DNA from: Nanobdellota archaeon
GTDB taxonomy: Archaea; Nanobdellota; Nanobdellia; Pacearchaeales; GW2011-AR1
Assembly: GCA_020053375.1 (NCBI GenBank)
Contig: JAGVNG010000008.1
Location: 1,587-65,586 of the forward strand
Reading direction: 5' to 3'
Length of the DNA stretch: 64,000 bases
A model generated the notes under the pieces. It was not told the DNA's origin. It saw only the letters and a list, made by a program, of their open reading frames with translations, and did no database searches. Each line of letters starts with the position of its first letter. Positions within the stretch are counted from its first letter, which is position 1. This document shows positions 50,063 through 59,580 of the stretch, piece after piece. Made by a program: the position numbers and the translations under genes.

Positions 50063-50406
50063 AAAGGGATATAAACTTGTTTCTTTATGACATAATTGAG
50101 GCAATTAATGATATCTTGGAGTCTGTTAAAAGCCTCTCAAAAGAAGAGTTTTTAGACAACAAAGATGTTAAAGATGCTAATATAAGAAGATTGGAAATTA
50201 TAGGAGAAGCTGTGAAGAACATACCAATTTCTTTTAGAGAAAAATATCCAGATACCCCTTGGAACAAAATCGCTGGAACGAGAGATATAATAACGCATGG
50301 GTATTTTATAATTGACCTGGATGCTGTCTGGAAAGTTATTAAAAAAGACTTGCCAAAACTAAAAAAACAAATAAAAAAGATAAAGGGTGAATTGGCTTTA
50401 AAATAG
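50059..50406 (+). CDS. HepT-like HEPN toxin (DUF86)
   Basis: RDIITHGYF (Rx4HxY HEPN motif); 4-nt overlap with the upstream MNT gene. Confidence 0.65.
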   Translation: MKRDINLFLYDIIEAINDILESVKSLSKEEFLDNKDVKDANIRRLEIIGEAVKNIPISFREKYPDTPWNKIAGTRDIITHGYFIIDLDAVWKVIKKDLPKLKKQIKKIKGELALK

Positions 50407-50421
50407 AATTTTATTGCTTTC

Positions 50422-50468
50422 TTCTCTGCCCCGATGAAGGCATAGAATTGGGAAGCAGGGTGAGATAA
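50422..50468. repeat. intergenic repeat family B, copy 2
   Basis: ttctctgccccgatgaaggcatagaattgggaagcagggtgagataa. Confidence 0.8.
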
Positions 50469-50529
50469 TTTTCTTACCATATAAGAAAATTAACTTAAAT
50501 TAGGGTTTTTTCTTACCAAATAGGAAAAT

Positions 50530-50964
50530 TTATAATTTAATTAGCTCTTCAAATTTTCTTTTTATTTCCGGTAAAACTTTTTCAGCAAATTTTATAGATT
50601 CCCTACATTTTTCAACAGATATTTTTTCTGCCTGATAAACTGATTTATTTCTGAGAATTCTATAATTATCCAGAATATTAATCTTCTCTTCAGATAAATA
50701 TCTGTTCTTTATCAAGAAAGCAATTAAAGCCTCATGCGATAATGGCTTATATTTTGATAATTGCATTAGCGCCTGAGAAGATTCCCTGATAACTTCATAA
50801 GCATCCTCAAAAATTAAGGGAGCGTTATCTTCTTTAATCTGTTCTTTGAGTATTCTATTTAATCTAACTTCTGCTTTTTCTAATAATGATTTAGCCAAGC
50901 TAACATTCAGGACGGTTTTTTCAACTTGCCTTTCCTTTTCATAATATTCAAATGGTTTTATCAT
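50530..50964 (-). CDS. HEPN-like helical protein, partner of the upstream MNT gene
   Basis: Helical 144-aa protein, 4-nt overlap with the MNT ORF; HEPN motif not clear-cut. Confidence 0.4.
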   Translation of the reverse strand: MIKPFEYYEKERQVEKTVLNVSLAKSLLEKAEVRLNRILKEQIKEDNAPLIFEDAYEVIRESSQALMQLSKYKPLSHEALIAFLIKNRYLSEEKINILDNYRILRNKSVYQAEKISVEKCRESIKFAEKVLPEIKRKFEELIKL

Positions 50965-51488
50965 TTTATTAGTTCAATATAACCCTCAAGCACAATGCCA
51001 TTAGCTAGAGAATTTTTAAACTCTTTTTTCATGTTATCAATATCTGAATTTATTATATTTATTTTTCTATTTAATCTTTTTTCAAAATTAGTCAAGTCTG
51101 GCAGATTTTTTTTATTTGACAAAATACACAAGTCAATATCGCTCTTTTCTGTATCTGATCCTTTTGAATAGCTTCCAAATAAAATTATGGCTTGCGGTTC
51201 CTCGTAAAAGCCTCTCAGATAATTTATCAGCCCGCTTTCGTATAATGAATAAAAATTATACAATCTTTTGATTAAATAAAATCTATTGGCAAAATTTGGC
51301 TTTACTTCTTCTGTAACCTTTTCTTTCTTAGAAATTAATAAACCCTCTTTCTTTAATTTTTTAATAATCTTGATTATGCCAGGAGGAGATAATCCCGTTA
51401 TTCTTGAAAGTTCCCTTATATGAAAGCTCTTGTTGGGATTTTTAAAAAATATCTCAATCACTTTTAGATTGTTATCTTTAGTTATCAT
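50961..51488 (-). CDS. nucleotidyltransferase with N-terminal winged-helix domain
   Basis: IILFGSYSKGSDTEKSDIDLCIL; N-terminal ELSRITGLSPPGIIKIIKKLKKEGLL. Confidence 0.65.
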   Translation of the reverse strand: MITKDNNLKVIEIFFKNPNKSFHIRELSRITGLSPPGIIKIIKKLKKEGLLISKKEKVTEEVKPNFANRFYLIKRLYNFYSLYESGLINYLRGFYEEPQAIILFGSYSKGSDTEKSDIDLCILSNKKNLPDLTNFEKRLNRKINIINSDIDNMKKEFKNSLANGIVLEGYIELIK

Positions 51489-51526
51489 ATGTAAACTATA
51501 AATGACGGCTGATATTTAAAGTTTAC

Positions 51527-51573
51527 GGTTCCCTTCTTCAGCCAGACAAGGACATAGAATTGGGAAGCAAAGT
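51527..51573. repeat. intergenic repeat family B, copy 3 (diverged 5' part)
   Basis: ttcttcagccagacaaggacatagaattgggaagcaaagtaagataa. Confidence 0.75.
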
Positions 51574-51658
51574 AAGATAAAAAATATATCTCTATATTCT
51601 CCCAAAATAAACCGTCATCCTAACTAATCCCCTAAAAATTAAAATCTTGGCTGCTTGC

Positions 51659-52420
51659 TTAAACAATAGCTTCCCATCCAGTACAATAAGTGTAAGAATA
51701 GAAATACTCATCAGCAACACCCGCATCACATTGTGCTTTAGTCCAGTATTTGCATGAACCCAATCCTGAAGATTTAGGACTATCTTGAACATAACCTACC
51801 TGAGTAATTCCCACATTTGCATGAGGTCCGCCACCACAAGTTGCAGCAGGATAAGCAGGATTAATTGCACCTGATTGACATTCGGGGTTAGGTACTGCAT
51901 CTGTATTCCAAGCACAATATTTGATAGTACGAGCAGTATAGACCCATGCATCAAGCACTATATTTGTTGAAAGTGGATTAATATAAGCATAATCAGTAAC
52001 CCCTGTATTCACAGGCTTAAGAGATAAAGAACTGGTTATTGTTGTGCCAGGTGCCAAAGCCTCACAAATCCAAGCACTTCCTGTCCATTTCAAGAAAGTT
52101 CCAGAAGCACACGAGCTAGGCTGTTGTATACCACTAGAAGTCGTCACATCCGCACAACTCCAATAACCATATGGTTCATTTCCCCCTTCGTAATTCCATT
52201 GCAAAAACTGACCCCCAGCACATCCACTAGGAGGTGCAATCTGATTTGCAACCCCATCTAAAGTATGTCCTGGATTTGGAGTAACCCCCGGTCGCACGGA
52301 ATAGAGAGCATAAACACCCGTAGCTAATAATATTACCGCAAAGACAGCAATTATTGTATAAGAAAGCCTATTTGAGATATTAAACCTCTTAGAATTTTTT
52401 AACCCCTTTTTTCTTACCAT
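51659..52420 (-). CDS. Cys/Gly/Thr-rich secreted or surface protein, compositionally atypical (higher GC)
   Basis: N-terminal TM/signal anchor, about 14 Cys, low Lys content, unlike neighbouring genes. Confidence 0.45.
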   Translation of the reverse strand: MVRKKGLKNSKRFNISNRLSYTIIAVFAVILLATGVYALYSVRPGVTPNPGHTLDGVANQIAPPSGCAGGQFLQWNYEGGNEPYGYWSCADVTTSSGIQQPSSCASGTFLKWTGSAWICEALAPGTTITSSLSLKPVNTGVTDYAYINPLSTNIVLDAWVYTARTIKYCAWNTDAVPNPECQSGAINPAYPAATCGGGPHANVGITQVGYVQDSPKSSGLGSCKYWTKAQCDAGVADEYFYSYTYCTGWEAIV

Positions 52421-52505
52421 CTTTGTTACGATTAGTTAGAATTTAGTATTTAAATATCTTTTGATGATAAAGGATAATAATAGAGGAGAAAGGAGGTTAT
52501 CTTTA

Positions 52506-53954
52506 TTATTCACTCGCAATCTTTCTAAACAGTATTTCAGACTTCTTAATTTTTCCAACTTTCAGCGGTTTTTTAATGTTCTCAATCTTTATCTCAAAAC
52601 CAAAGATTTTTGCAATTTTCTCGCTAGTTGAGGGAATAAAAGGCCATAACAGAATTGCAATTGCCTTTATGCTGTCCGCGAGTTCATAGAGAACTTTTTT
52701 GTTGTGTGTCTCCCATGGCTTTTTATTCTGAACATATTCATTGCATGCGTCTATAAAAGCAAAGATTTCATTCAATACCTTGTCAAACTCATAATTTTCA
52801 AGCAGTTTCTCTATCTTCTTCAGATCAAGTTTTTTTAACAGCTTATTTTCGCATTTTTCCAGACCATATTTTTCGGCGAGAGCTGAAACCCTTGAGACCA
52901 AATTTCCCAGCTTGTCAGCAAGCTCATTATTGTATCTATCAACAAGAACCTTCTCTGAAAAGTCGCCGTCTTCTCCGAAAGGGATGTGTCTAAGCAAAAA
53001 GTATCTTAGAGAGTCTGAAGAATATTTTTTAGATAATTCTAAGGGATTTATAGTAATCCCCCTGGCTTTGCTTAATTTTTCACCTTCCAAATTGATGAAA
53101 CCATGAACGACAACTTTTGGAAGGTCTAGGTTAAGGGCTCTTAAAATAGAAAACCAAAGAACTGTGTGGTGCCAAACGATATCCGAACCTATAAAATGTG
53201 TTGCTGGCCAAAAATCTTTGAATTTTTGGTTTGGATAATCTACTGTAGTTAAGTAATTATTAAGCGCCTCAAACCAAACAAATTCTGTTAAACTCTTATC
53301 AAAAGGAAGAGGAATCCCCCATCTAACATTTTTTCTGCTTATATTCAAATCCCTTAATGGTTCCTTTAATCTATTAAGAATTTCTTTTCTCTTTTTTTCT
53401 GGCCAAATAGAGCCGGGATTTTTCTTTATGTAATTAATAAGAAAATTTCTGTATTTACTAAGCTTAAAGAAATAACCTTCTTCTTTAACTTGCTCTACGG
53501 GTTTTTTATGTATAGAGCAGTTTCCGTCAATCAAGTCTTTCTCAGTATAATAAGTTTCACAATCTACGCAGTAAAGACCTTCATAAAATCCCTTATAGAT
53601 TTCACCCCTATTATACAATTCATTGAGAATATTTTGTGCAACTTTTTTGTGCCTCTGTTCTATGGTCATGATAAAATCATCATAAGAAATATTAAGAGCT
53701 TTAGATAATTCTTTAAATTGCTCGGAAATCTCTTTAACAAATTCTAAAGGATTTTTGCCTGCTTTCTCAGCAGCTCTTTGAATTTTGAGACCATGACAGT
53801 CGGTTCCTGTGCTAAAATGAACCTTGAAACCCTTTAGTCTTTTCCATCTAGCTAAAACATCTGTGCAAATTTTTTCATATGCATGCCCTAAATGAAAAGT
53901 TGACGAAGGGTAATCTATAGCGGTGCTTACCTGGAAATTTTTATCTGTTGTCAT
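52506..53954 (-). CDS. metG: methionyl-tRNA synthetase (short form)
   Basis: PSSTFHLGHAYEKICTDVLARWKRLKG (HIGH region, MetRS-like), CxxC knuckle CVDC, KLSKAR (KMSKS-like). Confidence 0.8.
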   Translation of the reverse strand: MTTDKNFQVSTAIDYPSSTFHLGHAYEKICTDVLARWKRLKGFKVHFSTGTDCHGLKIQRAAEKAGKNPLEFVKEISEQFKELSKALNISYDDFIMTIEQRHKKVAQNILNELYNRGEIYKGFYEGLYCVDCETYYTEKDLIDGNCSIHKKPVEQVKEEGYFFKLSKYRNFLINYIKKNPGSIWPEKKRKEILNRLKEPLRDLNISRKNVRWGIPLPFDKSLTEFVWFEALNNYLTTVDYPNQKFKDFWPATHFIGSDIVWHHTVLWFSILRALNLDLPKVVVHGFINLEGEKLSKARGITINPLELSKKYSSDSLRYFLLRHIPFGEDGDFSEKVLVDRYNNELADKLGNLVSRVSALAEKYGLEKCENKLLKKLDLKKIEKLLENYEFDKVLNEIFAFIDACNEYVQNKKPWETHNKKVLYELADSIKAIAILLWPFIPSTSEKIAKIFGFEIKIENIKKPLKVGKIKKSEILFRKIASE

Positions 53955-54912
53955 ATTTTATGTTCCTATTAATAATATTCTTTTCAGCCTTTTTTAAAGC
54001 TTTTATTTTATTTTTATGTTTAATATATTGTCTCAAAAGATTAAATAACTTTAATAAAGAATCTTTTCTATTGACGCGTATTTGAAAATAGTTTTGGCTA
54101 TGTCCATAGCCTTCTGGGCTAAAATATTTACTAGTATCCGATTCATACGGCCCATTACAAACAATGCCTAATTTATTCAAATTATTGCAGATAAATGATA
54201 AGATATTTTTATTATAATTTCCTATTTGAAAAACTGCTTGTTTATTATAAATACCTATATTCCCTTCAGCATCTGTAAAGCCTGCAAGAAAGGATAAGAA
54301 TAATTTTTCATTTTTTTCTATCCAAGGGGGAATTTCCTTGCTTAATAAGAAAATAAAGGACTCATTAAGGGCAACCCATATATTTATTTTTTTGTTTCTT
54401 GCTGTTTTAATTTTAACTTTTCCATATTCTTTAAATAAGCTCTTTATTAACTCTATTTGTTCTTTTATTGTGCTTCCGCTTGCAACAGTAATTGTTTTGC
54501 TATTTGGCCAAATTTTTCTTACTCCTAAATCACCTATTCTAAATCCTATTAAATATGCTTTTTCTATTAAATTACTAGAAAAGTCCTTTCTTTTATTAAC
54601 TATATTGGAAGTAGCTAAATCTCTTGTTCCAATCCCATATTCTTTTAATTTTCTATGAACCGTGCCTCTACTAAACCCATACCTTTTTTCTATTTTCCAC
54701 GTAGACAGCTTTTTATTTAAATAATACTCAATAAGTTTATTTTTTTGGGGCACATTAGAATTAAGTTCGTAAGGAGTTCTTCTTTTAATATTAAATCTAA
54801 CTAGCCTTTTCCAAACAGTTGCCTGACAACAATTTAATTTTTGAGCAATTTGATAAGTATTAAGTTTTTGGTTTGTATATAATTCGTTCAACTGAGAAGA
54901 AGAAATCTTCAC
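53941..54912 (-). CDS. free-standing LAGLIDADG homing endonuclease with N-terminal tandem HTH domains
   Basis: LIGFRIGDLGV and LAGFTDAEGNIG LAGLIDADG motifs; N-terminal TYQIAQKLNCCQATVWKRL and STWKIEKRYGFSRGTVHRKL HTHs; overlaps the metG start by 14 nt. Confidence 0.65.
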   Translation of the reverse strand: MKISSSQLNELYTNQKLNTYQIAQKLNCCQATVWKRLVRFNIKRRTPYELNSNVPQKNKLIEYYLNKKLSTWKIEKRYGFSRGTVHRKLKEYGIGTRDLATSNIVNKRKDFSSNLIEKAYLIGFRIGDLGVRKIWPNSKTITVASGSTIKEQIELIKSLFKEYGKVKIKTARNKKINIWVALNESFIFLLSKEIPPWIEKNEKLFLSFLAGFTDAEGNIGIYNKQAVFQIGNYNKNILSFICNNLNKLGIVCNGPYESDTSKYFSPEGYGHSQNYFQIRVNRKDSLLKLFNLLRQYIKHKNKIKALKKAEKNIINRNIKYDNR

Positions 54913-55098
54913 CTCTATACTCGTTAAATAATTAAATGAAGCAACTATATAAATTATGGCACTACTTTGTAAGTAGTAATAAATCTATTACCACTATTAT
55001 AACGTAAAATTTCTTTGTCATGACCATAATTAATCCCCAATATATTTAAACATAACTGATGACATAAACCTTTTAAAGAACAGCTAATTGATATCAAA

Positions 55099-55770
55099 AT
55101 GTTCGGCAAAAAAATCTGCCAAAGGTGCAAAGAGAAAGTCAGCAACAAATACAGCTTTTGCCCTCATTGCGGAAATCTATTTGGAAAAAAGAAAGAAGAT
55201 GGCTATGGCATGCTTGGGATAGATGATGAAATGGAGCTGCAACAGAATCCCTTTGAAGTCCTTTTAGGAGGAATGGGAAGCAGTGTATTAAACAAAATGT
55301 TTGGGGGCGCGGTAAAGATGCTTGAAAAAGAACTGGAAAAGGAATTCAAGAACCAGAATCAAAATCAGAATATGCCTCAAAGAACTAATTTTGAGATAAT
55401 AATCAATGGAAAGAGAATCAATCCCGAGAACATAAAATTCACGCAGAGGATAATTGAGCCTGAAAACAAGCCGAAGAAGAAGGCAACTCCAAAGATGTCA
55501 ACGGAGAGCCTGAAGAAGATATCCAAGCTTCCGAAAAAAGAACCTTCAACAAACATAAGAAGGCTGGCTAACAAGATTATATACGAGCTGGACATCCCAG
55601 GAGTCAAGTCAATGGAGGATATCTCAATAACTAGGCTTGAGAACAGCATAGAAGTCAAGGCGGTGGCGGAGAGCAAAGCCTACTCAAAGATTATACCGAT
55701 AAATCTCCCAATAACAAATTACGAGCTTTCAGACGGCAAACTGATTCTTGAATTGGATGCAAAGAACTAA
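55099..55770 (+). CDS. zinc-ribbon protein with C-terminal Hsp20/alpha-crystallin-like domain
   Basis: CQRCK...CPHCG ribbon; YELDIPGVKSMEDISITRLENSIEVKAV resembles the ACD beta-sandwich. Confidence 0.45.
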   Translation: MFGKKICQRCKEKVSNKYSFCPHCGNLFGKKKEDGYGMLGIDDEMELQQNPFEVLLGGMGSSVLNKMFGGAVKMLEKELEKEFKNQNQNQNMPQRTNFEIIINGKRINPENIKFTQRIIEPENKPKKKATPKMSTESLKKISKLPKKEPSTNIRRLANKIIYELDIPGVKSMEDISITRLENSIEVKAVAESKAYSKIIPINLPITNYELSDGKLILELDAKN

Positions 55771-55825
55771 AAGTTGATATTTTTCTCGGGATAATCTTTA
55801 TAAACAATAGGAGCATTAATCTGAT

Positions 55826-56491
55826 ATGCAGATTCCTTCTAACATATCTACAGAACTGGCAGAAGAAGTAGGTTGGCACATTGGTGATGGAAGCATGAAT
55901 TTTTATAAAAACAGAGGAAAACTAAAAGGTCTCTATCAATTAAGGGGTCATATTGAAGATGATAAAGAGCATTATGAAAAAAGAATTAGACCTCTATTTG
56001 AAAAATTATTTGGTGTCAAATTGAGTATAAGAGACATGCCTTCTACAAGAGTTGTTGGATTTCAAATATGGAACAATGATTTAATCAACTTCAAGAAAAA
56101 TCTTGGACTTCCATTAGGATATAAATATAAAGTAGAAATTCCAACTGCATTCTTATTAAAGGGTAGTTTAAAAAGAGCCGTCATTAAAGGAATTTTTGAT
56201 ACAGATGGGGGAATTTATCTGCAAAGAAAAAATAATAAATTATATCCCCGGATATACATAACCACTATTTCCCTTGTATTATCTGAACAATTATTAAGAA
56301 TATTTGATGAATTCAGTCTTCGTGCTACAAGATATTCTCAATTATATAATAAAAAATTTAATAGAAAAAGGAGTTATATTGTAACAATTAGGGGAGTAGA
56401 TATGTTCCATAAATTTATGAAAGAGATTTCACCAAAAAATCCAAAGCATATTAAGAAATATCTGGATTTTCTCAACTCGCAAAACCTATAA
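55826..56491 (+). CDS. free-standing single-chain LAGLIDADG homing endonuclease
   Basis: EVGWHIGDGSMN and IKGIFDTDGGIY LAGLIDADG motifs. Confidence 0.65.
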   Translation: MQIPSNISTELAEEVGWHIGDGSMNFYKNRGKLKGLYQLRGHIEDDKEHYEKRIRPLFEKLFGVKLSIRDMPSTRVVGFQIWNNDLINFKKNLGLPLGYKYKVEIPTAFLLKGSLKRAVIKGIFDTDGGIYLQRKNNKLYPRIYITTISLVLSEQLLRIFDEFSLRATRYSQLYNKKFNRKRSYIVTIRGVDMFHKFMKEISPKNPKHIKKYLDFLNSQNL

Positions 56492-56517
56492 ATAGGTAAA
56501 TTTCTCTAAATACTGAT

Positions 56518-56628
56518 GAGCCTGTAGTTCAGCCTGGTTAGAACGTCGCTCTGATATAATGCTCAAAGAAGCAGTTCCAAGAGAATTTAGAAAGGCGAAG
56601 GTCCACAGTTCAAATCTGTGCAGGCTCA
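56518..56628 (+). tRNA. tRNA-Ile(GAT) with a ~36-nt intron at the canonical position
   Basis: GAGCCTG-TA-GTTC-AGCCTGGTTA-GAAC-G-TCGCT-CTGATA[intron]A-GGCGA-AGGTC-CACAG-TTCAAAT-CTGTG-CAGGCTC-A. Confidence 0.7.
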
Positions 56629-56667
56629 TTTTTGAGAATTGTATTAAAAGATATAAATCATTAAAAT

Positions 56668-57093
56668 TTATATTTCTCCAAATAGAGAATATTCTAAAGA
56701 TTCCAGAGGCATATTTTTCCTAATTATCTGAAAACATTTTTCTTTTTTTTGACGAGCTCTCTCTCTCGTAATTTTGTATTTTTCTCCTATATCTTCTAAA
56801 GAATGAGATCTCTTATAAGGAGGAAGCCCAAAATACATCTTCATTATATCTTTTCCCCCTGCTGACAAACAATTTAAGCTGGTGTCCACAATTCCATTTA
56901 ATTCTTCTATTCTAAGTATATCAATTTTAGACCTAATATTTTTTGCTTTATTGTTCTCGTGGTTGGAACCGAGTAAAGCATATTCTAAAAATTTTATGAG
57001 GGGGCGATATTCATTTAATGCCCCTTGCACTTCCCAGTAAGTCAACTTGCCTTTTTGCTCAGTTCTTATATCTGCTTCCATTTTATTTGCCAT
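56668..57093 (-). CDS. small protein with sigma-70 region-4-like HTH
   Basis: HSLEDIGEKYKITRERARQKKEKCFQIIRK closely resembles the region 4.2 HTH consensus. Confidence 0.4.
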   Translation of the reverse strand: MANKMEADIRTEQKGKLTYWEVQGALNEYRPLIKFLEYALLGSNHENNKAKNIRSKIDILRIEELNGIVDTSLNCLSAGGKDIMKMYFGLPPYKRSHSLEDIGEKYKITRERARQKKEKCFQIIRKNMPLESLEYSLFGEI

Positions 57094-57178
57094 ATCTAAT
57101 TCAATTAAACGGTTGGTTTATAAATTTTGGGGGTTGTTATTGTATAATTATCGAATTTGCTACTATCTCCCGCCTAAT

Positions 57179-57706
57179 CTACGCCTGCGTTCCCATTGGT
57201 CTCCTCTTCCCCCTCCCACTAAACCTATGCCCTGGATTTCTGGACCAGTATTCGTAAATGTCTCCTCTGCCTCCTCTTCCGCTAAATCTATGTAAAGCCC
57301 TCGCGTCCCTTCCGAAATAATTACAAGATACGCTAGTATTATTATTAGATGGAAGGAATTTATTAGTATTTTTATCTAAATCTATCTTTAACTTATCTAA
57401 ATCCATTGACTTCTCTTGACAGGAATATAGAATAGTTTTAGATGAAATCCATCTTCCATGTATATTGTAATAGATTGCAAAATCAGTATTGTGATTATAA
57501 GTATTTCCTTTATATTTTCCTTCTCCTGACTCAACCGAATTTCTATAAGCTTTTTCTGCCTCAAATACTAAATTTTCAATTTGTGGTGATGCCTCTTTTT
57601 TTTGCAATTCTTCTAATAACTCTTGAAACTTGATAACAAAATTTAAATCTACTCCGTCTCTTGAAATCGTATCATTCCATTTTTTTATCAATTTTTCTAA
57701 TTCCAT
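57179..57706 (-). CDS. hypothetical protein with C-terminal RGG-like repeats
   Basis: HRFSGRGGRG...HRFSGRGKRRP repeated. Confidence 0.35.
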   Translation of the reverse strand: MELEKLIKKWNDTISRDGVDLNFVIKFQELLEELQKKEASPQIENLVFEAEKAYRNSVESGEGKYKGNTYNHNTDFAIYYNIHGRWISSKTILYSCQEKSMDLDKLKIDLDKNTNKFLPSNNNTSVSCNYFGRDARALHRFSGRGGRGDIYEYWSRNPGHRFSGRGKRRPMGTQA

Positions 57707-57806
57707 TTTTTATCTTAATTCAAGTTTAGATTGTTTTTCAAACAATGAATAACTATAAATATCTTATGTCCAAAAAGAAACATTTTTAAGGCAAAATATA
57801 CATATA

Positions 57807-58391
57807 TTGGACATGTCTATAGCAAAACAGGTTTTTGAGTGGTTAGAAAATTATCCCTATTTAAAATGGGGGTTAAAAAATGATTTTGTCAATTTTTCTT
57901 CTGTGGCAAGAAAAATACAGAAAGAATTGAATATAAAAAATTTTGATGCCATCTTAGTAGCGATAAGAAGATACCAAGAAAACTTAAGATTAATAGAAAA
58001 CACCAAGATAAAAGAAATAATTAAAGAGTGTAGTCTAGAAATAAGAACAAAAATTAATGTTTACGTTACAAAAAATATGGATTTTGATGTATTAAAGAAT
58101 ATTGGAAAATTTAATTTGGTGTCTGGTAAAGAGTGGTATGTGTTGATAACAGATAAAAAATTAAAATTAAATACTATTAAATATGAAGAAGAGGTGGTTG
58201 AGGTTTCTATAAAGAGTAATAAAGAAATAGAAAATTGCCCGGGATTTGCAGCCTTTATTTATTCATCTCTTGCAGAAGCAGGAATCAATATTATAGAAAC
58301 ATATAGTATGTGGACAGAGACAATACTTATCTTAAACAAAAAGGATTTGGCTAATACTATTTATTGTTTAGAAAAAATAGGAATAAAATAA
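57807..58391 (+). CDS. ACT-domain protein
   Basis: C-terminal NCPGFAAFIYSSLAEAGINIIETYSMWTETILIL is a typical ACT beta-alpha-beta-beta-alpha-beta segment. Confidence 0.4.
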   Translation: MDMSIAKQVFEWLENYPYLKWGLKNDFVNFSSVARKIQKELNIKNFDAILVAIRRYQENLRLIENTKIKEIIKECSLEIRTKINVYVTKNMDFDVLKNIGKFNLVSGKEWYVLITDKKLKLNTIKYEEEVVEVSIKSNKEIENCPGFAAFIYSSLAEAGINIIETYSMWTETILILNKKDLANTIYCLEKIGIK

Positions 58392-58462
58392 ATCTATATT
58401 TAGAGCAAGCGTCTAAAATCTAAAACCCTAACCTTTAAAAATAAACTTTTTCTTGATAAATA

Positions 58463-59074
58463 ATGGCAAAGAAAAGCGAGGCAAAACCTGCAGCGCAAAA
58501 ACCCGCGGAGTCCCAAAAAGGTTTTTATCATTTTATAAGAGAAGCCTGGAAAAAACCAGACATGAAAGTCCTTCGAGAAAGAATGACTGAATGGAGAAAG
58601 GATGAAGCATTCAAGAGAGTTGACAAACCCTTGAGGCTTGACAGGGCACGAAGTCTTGGCTATAAGGCAAAAAAGGGATTTGTGGTTGTAAGAGTGAGAA
58701 TCTTGAGGGGCGGACACAAAAGGCACAGGCCAAATAAAAAGAGAAGAAGCAAGAGACTGCATGGAAGAAAAAATCTTAGCATGAACTACAAGGAAATTGC
58801 GGAGCAGAGGGTTGCAAGAAAATATCCAAACCTGGAAGTATTAAATTCATATCAGGTGGGAAAAGACGGAGTCCATTATTTCTTCGAGGTAATTCTTGTG
58901 AACCCAGAGGCTCCTGAGATAAAAAGCGATAAGACAATCAATTGGGTAGCAAGGCCTGAAAACAGAAATAGGGTAATGAGAGGACTTACCTCTGCAGGAA
59001 AGAAAGCCCGAGGATTGCGAGATAATTCTCCAACAAATAAGTCAAGACCTTCAAAGTCAGTTGGAAGCATATAA
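58463..59074 (+). CDS. rpl15e: 50S ribosomal protein L15e
   Basis: GFYHFIREAWKKP...LGYKAKKGFVVVRVRILRGG...VHYFFEVILVNPE. Confidence 0.85.
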   Translation: MAKKSEAKPAAQKPAESQKGFYHFIREAWKKPDMKVLRERMTEWRKDEAFKRVDKPLRLDRARSLGYKAKKGFVVVRVRILRGGHKRHRPNKKRRSKRLHGRKNLSMNYKEIAEQRVARKYPNLEVLNSYQVGKDGVHYFFEVILVNPEAPEIKSDKTINWVARPENRNRVMRGLTSAGKKARGLRDNSPTNKSRPSKSVGSI

Positions 59075-59119
59075 GATACATCACAATAATTTTTATAAGG
59101 TGAAAAGTCGTTTTAAAAA

Positions 59120-59539
59120 ATGGAAAATTTACATGAGACTATTAATTCTATTGAGAGTCTTTTAGACAGAAATAATCCTAAATATATTAATATTCATCCT
59201 AATTTAAAATTAAGATTTGTGAAAAGAAAATTGGAGTTAATGGTTAATGAGTTGGTAAAAAGATTGGGAGGAAAAGAAGTTTTAGACATAATTTGGCCTG
59301 AAGGAGGGATATGTAATGCTTATATAAATAAAGAGGGAGCTATATATTATATAGAATCCGATTGTGAAGGTTCTTGGGAGGGACTGACAGATTTAAGAAA
59401 ATATTTTGATGATAAAATAAGGTTATTTAGTGAAGCGCATTCTCTTTATAAAACGCTTCTTCAGAATGCGATATATGATATTTCAGAAGGTTTGTTAAAA
59501 TTTAAAGAAGACAGAAGTTTAGAAAAGATAGCAACCTAA
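59120..59539 (+). CDS. hypothetical protein
   Basis: 139-aa ORF. Confidence 0.3.
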   Translation: MENLHETINSIESLLDRNNPKYINIHPNLKLRFVKRKLELMVNELVKRLGGKEVLDIIWPEGGICNAYINKEGAIYYIESDCEGSWEGLTDLRKYFDDKIRLFSEAHSLYKTLLQNAIYDISEGLLKFKEDRSLEKIAT

Positions 59540-59580
59540 CCTTCACAACTTTTTTAAAACCCTTAGTCCATTAACTTTTT

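Noticed and set aside
49491-51573. CRISPR array interpretation of the repeated intergenic elements
   Set aside because: Repeats are ~47 nt but about 900-1100 nt apart and are separated by full protein-coding gene pairs. No short regular spacers and no cas genes.
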